Shown: positions 24,682 through 32,000 of the stretch, in pieces
Layout: each line of letters begins with the position of its first letter
Numbering within the stretch: the first letter of the stretch is position 1
DNA from: Bdellovibrionales bacterium
Lineage (GTDB): Bacteria > Bdellovibrionota > Bdellovibrionia > Bdellovibrionales > UBA1609
Length of the DNA stretch: 32,000 nt
Direction of reading: 5' to 3'
Assembly: GCA_963692945.1 (NCBI GenBank)
Contig: OY843585.1
Coordinates: 1,500,001-1,532,000, forward strand
Made by a program: the position numbers and the translations under genes
The notes under the pieces: generated by a model
Databases searched by the model: none
The model's input: only the letters and a program-made list of their open reading frames with translations
What the model was told of the DNA's origin: nothing

Positions 24682-26157
24682 ATGAAGCTTTATCTTTATT
24701 TACTTTTATTAGCCTTATCTCATTGTCACACAAAAGAACTTCCTAAAGATACTCTATCCATTGCTTTAGATTCAGAGGTAAAAAACCTAGACCCCCGTAA
24801 AGCAACAGATGCGAATAGTATGAGAATTGTTGACCTTATTTTTTCTGGCTTAGTAAAAATAGGACCAAAACTACATATTCTTCCAGATAGTGCTCAAAAA
24901 TGGGAACAAAAAGACCAAGATTATATTTTTCATCTCAAACCCTTAAAATTCTCTAATGGACGAAAGGTCACCAAAGAAGATATCTCTTTTAGTTTTCAAG
25001 AATTTATGAAAAAAGGAAGTCCTTTTTTCTCAGCTTTTAAAAATATAAAATCTGTCAAAGTTTCAAAAAAGAAAGAAAATTTTATCGTAAAAATTACAAT
25101 GAAACAGTTTTCTGCTACTTTTCTCTCTTCTGACTTACCTGTTATAAAAATTCTACCTAAAAAGGAAATACAGAAATCTGAAAATAAATTTTTAAAACAT
25201 CCAATAGGAACAGGATCCTTTAAATTCATACATAAAAACTCAAGAGAGCTTTTACTAGAACGAGTCATCCATCAATCTGAACGACCACAATATTTATCTT
25301 TTAAATTTATTAGAGATAGTTTTACTCGAACACAAAAAATGCTGATAGGACAAATAGATATAGCCCCTTCTGTTATTCCATTAGATAAAATATATCAATT
25401 TCGTAAAGATCGTTTTAAAGTTTTAACTCAACCTAGCCTATCCACCACTTATCTTCTTTTAAATTTAAAAAATGATCTCCTCAAACAAAAAAAACTCAGA
25501 AAAGCTTTAAGCCTTGCTATCAATAATAAAGAGATCATTAAATACAAACTTAAAAATTATGGAATCCCTGCTCTGTCACTGATTCAACCTAAAAATATAT
25601 TTTTTAATAACCGATTAAAACCCATTCCTTATAATATAGGCAAATCTCAACAAATGATTAAAGAATTGAAACTACAAAATAAAAAATTAACCTTAACAAC
25701 AACTAACAATCAAGACACCATCACTAAAGCAAAAGTTCTTGCGAGCCAAATCAGTCAATCTGGATTAAAAATCAATATTGAAAGTTATGAGTGGGGAACT
25801 TTTTATAAAGACCTCAATCAAGGTCATTATGAAATAGCACTGATGAAATGGGTTGGAGTTACAGACCCAGATATTTATCGCATTGCCTTTCACAGTCAAA
25901 ATCAAGCCCCAAAAGGAAGAAACAGAAGTTTTTATAAAAATCCAAAAGTGGATCAACTTTTAGAAAAAGGCTTAACTCTAAAAAACAACAAGATGAGAAA
26001 AAAAGTTTACGACCAAATTCAAAAATATATTTTTGAAGATATTGCTATCATTCCTCTATGGCATGATATGGAAATATCTATTACGAAAAAAAGTATAAAA
26101 AATTACTTTGTTCCAATGAATGGAAGTTTTAAACCAATTGGAGAAGCCACAAAATAA
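24682..26157 (+). CDS. ABC transporter substrate-binding protein, family 5 (peptide/nickel type); orphan
   Basis: It has an N-terminal signal. LDPRKATDANSMRIVDLIFSGLVK is typical of SBP family 5. The protein is 491 aa. No permease or ATPase genes are adjacent. Confidence 0.75.
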   Translation: MKLYLYLLLLALSHCHTKELPKDTLSIALDSEVKNLDPRKATDANSMRIVDLIFSGLVKIGPKLHILPDSAQKWEQKDQDYIFHLKPLKFSNGRKVTKEDISFSFQEFMKKGSPFFSAFKNIKSVKVSKKKENFIVKITMKQFSATFLSSDLPVIKILPKKEIQKSENKFLKHPIGTGSFKFIHKNSRELLLERVIHQSERPQYLSFKFIRDSFTRTQKMLIGQIDIAPSVIPLDKIYQFRKDRFKVLTQPSLSTTYLLLNLKNDLLKQKKLRKALSLAINNKEIIKYKLKNYGIPALSLIQPKNIFFNNRLKPIPYNIGKSQQMIKELKLQNKKLTLTTTNNQDTITKAKVLASQISQSGLKINIESYEWGTFYKDLNQGHYEIALMKWVGVTDPDIYRIAFHSQNQAPKGRNRSFYKNPKVDQLLEKGLTLKNNKMRKKVYDQIQKYIFEDIAIIPLWHDMEISITKKSIKNYFVPMNGSFKPIGEATK

Positions 26158-26172
26158 TGGTGCTTATTTCTT

Positions 26173-26505
26173 TTAAGAAAAATCTTTTTCTTGCAGAGAA
26201 TTGACAGAAGCCGATAAATCTGGAGAAGCCACATTAGATCTCAAACCTGTGTATTTTTCTAACTGATAAAGGCGACCTTTTATAAGTTCTTGTTCCGTTT
26301 CCATTTTTTTAACTCTTCTATAAATGTCATCGGCTGATTTTTCTAAAGACAACCTGAGGGTGTCAATCATGTGAGACATTCTTTCACTTTGAGTGTTTAA
26401 AGTCCTTAAATTATGAGCAACCCGAGTTTCATAGGTTTGAAAAAATTTCCAAACCAAATAACAAAAAGGAAGCTGAATTGTGATTAAAAATATAATATAT
26501 TCCAA
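26173..26505 (-). CDS. Hypothetical membrane-anchored coiled-coil protein
   Basis: A 110-aa protein with the N-terminal TM segment IIFLITIQLPFCYLVWKFF. The rest is predicted helical. I recognise no motif. Confidence 0.4.
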   Translation of the reverse strand: MEYIIFLITIQLPFCYLVWKFFQTYETRVAHNLRTLNTQSERMSHMIDTLRLSLEKSADDIYRRVKKMETEQELIKGRLYQLEKYTGLRSNVASPDLSASVNSLQEKDFS

Positions 26506-26579
26506 GTTAAAAACCTCTCTGCCCCCTATTATATGCCTAGTAATTATTCTTATTGCACTAAAAAGACACTCTTAACAAG

Positions 26580-27776
26580 CTATGTCAATTCTGAAACAAA
26601 TTCAGAAAGACGGGAAATGGCTTTTTTTAATATATCTTTCTCTAATCCGTAGCTAAATCTTAAATAACCAGAAGTTCCAAATTCCTCACCACTCAAACAT
26701 AAAAGATTCTTTTTAATGAGTAGCTGTTCCATAACATCTCTAGAAGACTTTATTTTAAACTTTTCATGACTTTTCCCAATTAAGTCTTTCACACCCACCC
26801 ATAAGTAAAAAGCTCCCTCTGAAGGAAGACTTCTAAAACCTGGTATTTGATTCACACCTTGTGAAAAAAAATCTCTCAGCTCTTTTAATCTTGAGACCAT
26901 ATTTTGAATATCCTGTTTACAAAGATGAAGACTGTCTTCCATAGCTTTTTGAGCAATAGAGTTTACACAACTGATAGATTGACTTTGAAAAGAAGAAAAA
27001 ACTTTAATGAGATTTTTAGGAGCAATAATCCAACTGATTCTCCAACCGGTCATCAAATGATTTTTAGAACCTCCATTAAGAGCTAAAATTCTATCTTTTA
27101 AATCAGGACAAGCTTCAAAAAAATGAGGAGCCCTCTTTCCAGAAAAAACAATTTGATCATAAATATCATCTGTTACTATAAAAATATTTGGATGATTCCT
27201 AAGTACTTCTCCAAGAGCTTGCAACTCTTCTTTTGTATAAATAGCACTTGTAGGATTGTTGGGAGAATTTAAAAGAAAAATTTTAGTTTTATCCGTAATA
27301 TGATCTTTCAATTGCGAAGCTGTAATTTTAAATCCTGAAGATTCATCAGTAGGAACTTTTATAGATGTAGCTCCACTCAATCCAATAATATCTGGGTAGC
27401 TCATCCAATAAGGAGCTGGAAAAATAACCTCATCATCCCTTTCACAAAGAATCTGAAAAATAACAAACAAAGCATACTTACACCCTGCTGAAATAGCTAC
27501 ATTTTCTAACTCTATATCAAGACCATAAATTTCATGAGCTTCTTGACTGATTTTTTTTCTCAGAGTTTCCCGACCTGCTGATCCTGTATATCTTGTATGA
27601 CCTTCATCAATTGCTTTTTTGCCGGCTTCTTTTATAACATCGTAAGTTCCCCAATCTAATTCACCTATAGATAAACTGATTAGATCTTTACCTTGTCGCT
27701 TCATTTCCTCTGCTTTTTTTAAAAGCTCAAAAACAGGAGAAGGCCTTAAACCAGACACTCTTTTAGAAAAATACAA
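26580..27776 (-). CDS. Pyridoxal-phosphate-dependent aminotransferase, class I (aspartate aminotransferase-like)
   Basis: Contains LNSPNNPTSAIY, the PLP-lysine region GGSKNHLMTGWRISW and the C-terminal LRFSY. The protein is 398 aa. Confidence 0.85.
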   Translation of the reverse strand: MYFSKRVSGLRPSPVFELLKKAEEMKRQGKDLISLSIGELDWGTYDVIKEAGKKAIDEGHTRYTGSAGRETLRKKISQEAHEIYGLDIELENVAISAGCKYALFVIFQILCERDDEVIFPAPYWMSYPDIIGLSGATSIKVPTDESSGFKITASQLKDHITDKTKIFLLNSPNNPTSAIYTKEELQALGEVLRNHPNIFIVTDDIYDQIVFSGKRAPHFFEACPDLKDRILALNGGSKNHLMTGWRISWIIAPKNLIKVFSSFQSQSISCVNSIAQKAMEDSLHLCKQDIQNMVSRLKELRDFFSQGVNQIPGFRSLPSEGAFYLWVGVKDLIGKSHEKFKIKSSRDVMEQLLIKKNLLCLSGEEFGTSGYLRFSYGLEKDILKKAISRLSEFVSELT

Positions 27777-27818
27777 AATCCATTCCCTCCTCTTTAATCC
27801 TATGAAAATAACATCTTG

Positions 27819-28379
27819 TTATTTTTTCACTTTATAAAACCATATCTTTTTATCATTAAAATCTTTTTTTGAAAAGAGATGAAAACAAGAATAATTTTCT
27901 TTTAACTCTTCGTCTCTACTAGTTTCCACAACAAAAAGAGTTCCGACAATATAAAGATGGCTATTAACCACTGCTTCTAATATTTTATCTCCCCATTTTA
28001 GAGGAAAAGGAGGGTCCGCAATAATAATATGAAAGGGTTCTAGCCGAGAAGTTTTCAAAAATTGGAACACATCTTTTTGATGAATAATTAATTTTTTAGG
28101 ATGAATCAACAATTGTCTATTTCTTTTAATAATATCTATAGAAAGTTTATGAGATTCCACAGCATGAGATTCTCTCACACCACGAGAAAGAGCTTCCATA
28201 GACACACTTCCTGAACCTGAAAATAAATCTAAAAACAAAACATTCTTATTTAAATAAGGCTGCAAAACATTAAACAATGTTTCTCTCGCACTATCTGTCA
28301 TAGGACGAATATTAAATTTCTCAGAGGACTTCCAAGAAACCAATTTTAAACTTTTTAACAACCCACCTATAACTCTCAT
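27819..28379 (-). CDS. rsmD: 16S rRNA (guanine966-N2)-methyltransferase
   Basis: Contains RPMTDSARETLFNVL, LDLFSGSGSVSMEALSRG and IIIADPPFP. The protein is 186 aa. Confidence 0.8.
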   Translation of the reverse strand: MRVIGGLLKSLKLVSWKSSEKFNIRPMTDSARETLFNVLQPYLNKNVLFLDLFSGSGSVSMEALSRGVRESHAVESHKLSIDIIKRNRQLLIHPKKLIIHQKDVFQFLKTSRLEPFHIIIADPPFPLKWGDKILEAVVNSHLYIVGTLFVVETSRDEELKENYSCFHLFSKKDFNDKKIWFYKVKK

Positions 28380-28756
28380 TCTTCTTGATCTTTCTGAATT
28401 AAATTCTCCCCTTGTTCTATCAACAAATAAATATTATCAAAAGGTTTTTTAACAAAGAGATCAACTTTTGTCTCTTTTATTTTTTTATCATCAAGTTCAT
28501 CATGAGCAGACATCATAATCAGTTTGGCTTTAGAATTTTTTGGTTTCTTTTTAAGTACAGTAAATCCATCCACATTTGGCATAAGAACATCTAAAAAAAC
28601 CAAATCAGGATTAAACTTTTCCCACATTTGAAGGGCTTCCATTCCATCAGAAGCCACTTTAACATTATGACCTCGACTCTTTGCTGCTAAGGAAAATACT
28701 TTTTGAATAAGAACTTCATCATCTACAATCAAAATATTTAAAGAAGATGATTTCAT
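28376..28756 (-). CDS. Single-domain response regulator (CheY-like receiver)
   Basis: ILIVDDE, the phospho-acceptor region LVFLDVLMPNVDG and FVKKPF are present. There is no output domain. It has 4-nt overlaps with both neighbouring genes. Confidence 0.85.
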   Translation of the reverse strand: MKSSSLNILIVDDEVLIQKVFSLAAKSRGHNVKVASDGMEALQMWEKFNPDLVFLDVLMPNVDGFTVLKKKPKNSKAKLIMMSAHDELDDKKIKETKVDLFVKKPFDNIYLLIEQGENLIQKDQEE

Positions 28757-30231
28757 TCCTTACTTTCCTTAAGTGGAAGATAAACAGAAAAACAGGTGAA
28801 CTTATGAAGCTCACTGGAAACCTGAATCCTTCCTCCATACTGATGAATGATTTGAAGAGAAATACCTAAACCTAAACCTGTTCCACCTTTTTGTTTTTTT
28901 GTAGTCCATAAAGGTTGAAATATTTTCTCTAAATGCTCTTTTTTAATTCCTGGCCCATTATCTCTAACCAGCAAACAAGCTTTATGATCTTTTATTTTTT
29001 TTATAGAAATTGTAAGTGTTGGATTCTTTTGCTGCTCAAATTCTTTAAGAGCCTGACAAGCATTGATTATCAAATTATAGACAACCTGTTGTAATATTGA
29101 AAAACTTCCTACAACCTCTATCTTTTCCAAAGAGATATCTAATTGTAAATTGATTCCTGAAGTTATCGTTTTGAGAAGAGAAAGTGTATCTTTTACAACT
29201 TGATCCAAATAACAACAAAAAGATTCTTGTTTCTTTTGTTGAGAAAAGGTTAGAAGATTTTCTATAATTTTTTGGGAACGTGCTGTTGCCATTTCTACTT
29301 CTTTAAAATCTTCTGCAAATTTTTCTAAATTCTTATCTTGTGATAAAATTTGAGCCATAGAACGAATACCAGTTAAGGGATTATTTAATTCATGAGCTAT
29401 ATTTCTACCAAACTCATAAAAGGCAGACATTTTTTCACTCTGAAAAAACTTTTCTTTCAAAGAGTAATGCTCCGTCATATCTTGACAGTAAAAAATACCA
29501 ATATTTTTTAAATCTCTTAAATGAGAAATAGGATAATAATGAATCTGATAGATTCTATTATTAACATTCAACAAATCTTGCTCGTTTTTTAAATCTAATA
29601 ATTTGGGATAATCTTTTAACAATTGATCGAAAGGTTCATTAGATCTTACCACTTGAGAGTCTTTTAAAATAGCCAATGGCTCTCCACACTTTCCAAAAAC
29701 ATGACTCCATAAATAAGAGATACGAGAAGCACTTATATTTAAAAGAGTACGATTTAAAATAAGATCTAAAACTTCTTGTATTTCACAAAAATACTCTTTA
29801 AGACTTGTGTCTTTTGTTGAGGCATGAAGAATTTCTACAAAAAGAATAGGATAAATTTGACTATTAAAAACAGAGGGATTCCGTTGAGAAAAAGGAACTA
29901 TCATAGCTTTAAAAAAAGGCCTTCCCATTTCTTGAGCAAGATACGCTATATCTTCTCTACGGCTGTACTGAATATCTGAAATGGAAGGCCAGGGACTTTG
30001 AGCCATTTCTTCATAAAAAAGACCTCTTCTAACATAAGCTCTCCTCAATCCAAATTGTCTAGATTCATAAAAAAGAATGATCTCTCCTGTTTTTAATTTT
30101 TTAGGTATATTTGAACTTAAAAAAAGGAGAAGATCCTCAATACTAGAAACTTCACAAATTTTTTCACTAAAGGAAACTAAAGAACGACTAACCTGACGTT
30201 CAAAAGAAATATCTCCTGCAATCCCAGACAT
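28753..30231 (-). CDS. Sensor histidine kinase, cytoplasmic (no TM segment seen), with an N-terminal sensory region
   Basis: It has the H-box IAHELNNPLTGI, an N-box NLIINACQA, and the G-boxes VRDNGPGI and GGTGLGLGIS. Confidence 0.85.
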   Translation of the reverse strand: MSGIAGDISFERQVSRSLVSFSEKICEVSSIEDLLLFLSSNIPKKLKTGEIILFYESRQFGLRRAYVRRGLFYEEMAQSPWPSISDIQYSRREDIAYLAQEMGRPFFKAMIVPFSQRNPSVFNSQIYPILFVEILHASTKDTSLKEYFCEIQEVLDLILNRTLLNISASRISYLWSHVFGKCGEPLAILKDSQVVRSNEPFDQLLKDYPKLLDLKNEQDLLNVNNRIYQIHYYPISHLRDLKNIGIFYCQDMTEHYSLKEKFFQSEKMSAFYEFGRNIAHELNNPLTGIRSMAQILSQDKNLEKFAEDFKEVEMATARSQKIIENLLTFSQQKKQESFCCYLDQVVKDTLSLLKTITSGINLQLDISLEKIEVVGSFSILQQVVYNLIINACQALKEFEQQKNPTLTISIKKIKDHKACLLVRDNGPGIKKEHLEKIFQPLWTTKKQKGGTGLGLGISLQIIHQYGGRIQVSSELHKFTCFSVYLPLKESKE

Positions 30232-30328
30232 TCCTCTATCTTAATAGATTTAAATTATTCCTTCTGCAATAGATAGAATGAGAGACTAAAAAGAAGATAC
30301 AATCAAGACTTTGGACTTAAAAGTTTTA

Positions 30329-31042
30329 TTAGACTAAAAATTTAAAATGCTCTTCTAAGGGAGTTAACAAATGAGAAGGACTCCATCTTTCTTGTAACTG
30401 ATAAGCTTTTATATTGTTAGGATCTAAATCTAGACATCGGTTTAAACAAGCTAAAGCTATTTCTTCATCTCCTAAGAAGTATCTACTAATGGCTAAACCC
30501 AACCAAGCTCTACTCAACTCAGGAGAACTTTTAACAATCTTTTGAAATAAATTTTCAGACTCCTCATAATTCCTTTCTTTTAACTTTAACAGAGCACGAT
30601 GGAATTGAAGAGATAAAGAGTCAGGATTTAAAGTGTGAGCTTTATTGTAATACTCCTCAGCCATAGAATAATTTTTATTAAGAACATATATTTGTCCTAG
30701 ATATTTATTGATCTTAAAAAGAAGAAGACAAGGTTCTGAGATTTGATTAAGAGCTTCTAGAAAACACTCTTCCGCTTCTTTACAACGAAGTTGATTCAAA
30801 AGAGATTCTCCCAAACAAAAAAGATCAATAACTTTTTTCCTTCTCTCTAATAAACAAGAAAAGATATTTTCAGCAATCTCCCAATAATTGTTTTCTAAAG
30901 CAAGACGGCCTCCCCATTCCAAAATACGATCATTTGCTGTTTCATCTTGCAATAAATTTTTTAAGAGTTTCATCTGACTCTCTTGAGACTTCTCTTGCAT
31001 TATTTTCTTATCTTGAAAAAAATTCATACACCTAAGATTCAT
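30329..31042 (-). CDS. Tetratricopeptide (TPR) repeat protein
   Basis: It has repeated 34-aa A/Y/L patterns, for example YSMAEEYYNKAHTLNPDS, YEESENLFQKIVKSSPE and EEIALACLNRCLDLDPNN. Confidence 0.7.
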   Translation of the reverse strand: MNLRCMNFFQDKKIMQEKSQESQMKLLKNLLQDETANDRILEWGGRLALENNYWEIAENIFSCLLERRKKVIDLFCLGESLLNQLRCKEAEECFLEALNQISEPCLLLFKINKYLGQIYVLNKNYSMAEEYYNKAHTLNPDSLSLQFHRALLKLKERNYEESENLFQKIVKSSPELSRAWLGLAISRYFLGDEEIALACLNRCLDLDPNNIKAYQLQERWSPSHLLTPLEEHFKFLV

Positions 31043-31153
31043 GCAATTTTTATGCTAAAAAAATTAAGACTTTGATCTTAAAAATCTATGCTTGATAGAT
31101 AAAAATCATCAAAACTATGACATCTATAAAAAATAATTGACAGTTTAGGCTCT

Positions 31154-31513
31154 TCAAGAAGCAATAGATGGATATTTATTTTGCAGTTTTTCAATTAAAG
31201 AAATAATGACTAGATCTTGATCCAAGATAGATAACACCATATCTTTCTTTAATTTTAAAATTTCCAACAATTTCTTTTTTTCTGCTTTGTTTGCTTTAAG
31301 AAAATCTCCTGATGTGTCTTTTTCAGAAAATTTATGATCTAACTTATCTATAGCATTTAACAAAAGCTCACGACTGTAATAAAAATTTTCAAGATTATCT
31401 ATACATCCTTGATGAAGTCTATTTATTTCATCTATATTGATTTTATGAAACTCCAATAAGTAAGAGTTTTTTTGCTCAAGTAATTCTAATAATGCTATAA
31501 CTTTTTTACTCAT
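31154..31513 (-). CDS. Hypothetical helical protein (119 aa)
   Basis: It has a clean ORF with coding-like composition. It bears a vague resemblance to FlgN-like chaperones, which is not enough for a call. Confidence 0.4.
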   Translation of the reverse strand: MSKKVIALLELLEQKNSYLLEFHKINIDEINRLHQGCIDNLENFYYSRELLLNAIDKLDHKFSEKDTSGDFLKANKAEKKKLLEILKLKKDMVLSILDQDLVIISLIEKLQNKYPSIAS

Positions 31514-31687
31514 AATACAGAACCTCTATAAATTCTATTATGACATAAAAAAAATAAAATAGTTATGTCAATAATATGTCTTGTCTATGGACGGGAAGTT
31601 GAAAAAAATCCTTAAATATCAACTCTTTAGAGAGTGTCACAATTATTATTATTTCGTCAAAATTATTTTTTTATCTTGACCTAATAT

Positions 31688-32000
31688 TTAAGTGTCCCAA
31701 AATGAAACATAATTTTTAAAAACTTTATCTGTACTTTCTTTATCTGGACAAATTTCCACTAAAGAATAAGGCTTACATTCAAAAGCATCAAATTTTTCAA
31801 AATCTTTAAAAGATTCATAATTTAAACCCCATAGTCTAGCAAGAGGAGAAAAAGACAAATTGTGTTTGTTGATAAACATCTCATTTTTAAATAGGTGAGA
31901 AAAAATCTGCCCCCCAGAGTTATTCACTATAAATAAAGTCCAAGGAGGGATATTTTTACTAATCCAAAAAGCACTTAGATCATAAAGGACACTTAAATCC
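31688..32000 (-). CDS. menD: 2-succinyl-5-enolpyruvyl-6-hydroxy-3-cyclohexene-1-carboxylate synthase, C-terminal end (N-terminus beyond the window end)
   Basis: The frame is open upstream of the track's GTG. Manual translation gives ...DLSVLYDLSAFWISKNIPPWTLFIVNNSGGQIFSHL, which matches the ThDP-binding GDLS...NN-GG-IF motif of MenD. Confidence 0.65.
   Translation of the reverse strand, partial: DLSVLYDLSAFWISKNIPPWTLFIVNNSGGQIFSHLFKNEMFINKHNLSFSPLARLWGLNYESFKDFEKFDAFECKPYSLVEICPDKESTDKVFKNYVSFWDT

Noticed and set aside
1152-28594. Short ORFs from the track: 1152-1355+, 1845-2063+, 5748-5945-, 7186-7383-, 8514-8720+, 11199-11387-, 12938-13144-, 13867-14130-, 14389-14655-, 18275-18466-, 24996-25268-, 25765-25956-, 26904-27086+ and 28412-28594+.
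   Set aside because: Each lies wholly or mostly inside, and antisense or out of frame to, a much longer ORF with recognisable motifs. Their products are low-complexity and show no motif. They are treated as shadow ORFs.
31541-31570. An inverted repeat TGACATAA-14 nt-TTATGTCA between menD and the 119-aa gene. It might be a terminator or an operator.
   Set aside because: The stem is AT-rich and is not followed by a T-run on the transcribed (minus) strand. There is no supporting context.
1-32000. A scan for CRISPR arrays, tRNA/rRNA genes, IS elements, integrases or prophage genes.
   Set aside because: I saw no regularly spaced direct repeats, no cloverleaf-like GC-rich segments in the intergenic regions, and no transposase or integrase motifs in any long ORF. 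The only repeats found are the 18-bp coding array and the ~975-980 bp tandem duplication.

Overview
AT-rich chromosomal segment (roughly 30% GC by eye, not computed) from a diderm bacterium. The envelope genes support this: MlaC-like proteins, a VKOR-DsbA fusion, PBP3, PBP4 and a multicopper oxidase. The taxon cannot be fixed from the sequence alone. The backbone is housekeeping: argS, a prpD-family gene, bcp-rsmH-ftsL-ftsI, hpt, a dacB-like PBP4, a family-5 solute-binding protein, a class-I aminotransferase, rsmD, a cytoplasmic histidine kinase with a CheY-like receiver, a TPR protein, and the 3' end of menD at the right edge. A CopA/PcoA-like multicopper oxidase runs off the left edge and is missing from the ORF track. 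Three accessory patches stand out. (1) 1.66-7.56 kb is a divergently transcribed five-gene cluster with three different radical SAM enzymes, a two-domain GT2 glycosyltransferase and an unknown GT-A-like protein. It has no precursor peptide, sugar-nucleotide or export genes, and is my best candidate for an undescribed modification pathway. (2) 7.6-11.5 kb holds three MlaC-like secreted paralogues. Two of them sit in a ~975-980 bp tandem segmental duplication that also copied the 3' end of the VKOR-DsbA gene. Each copy is preceded by a poly-G(8/9) tract lying between -35 and -10-like hexamers, a candidate phase-variation switch. (3) 14.8-18.9 kb is a very AT-rich island between prpD and the 3' end of ftsI. 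It carries an HNH restriction endonuclease with an in-frame TGA, a beta-class DPPY methyltransferase, and a 619-aa orphan protein (putative wHTH, PIN-like core, two C-terminal TM helices) that may be a new defence or abortive-infection component. No rRNA, tRNA, CRISPR, transposase or integrase was recognised.
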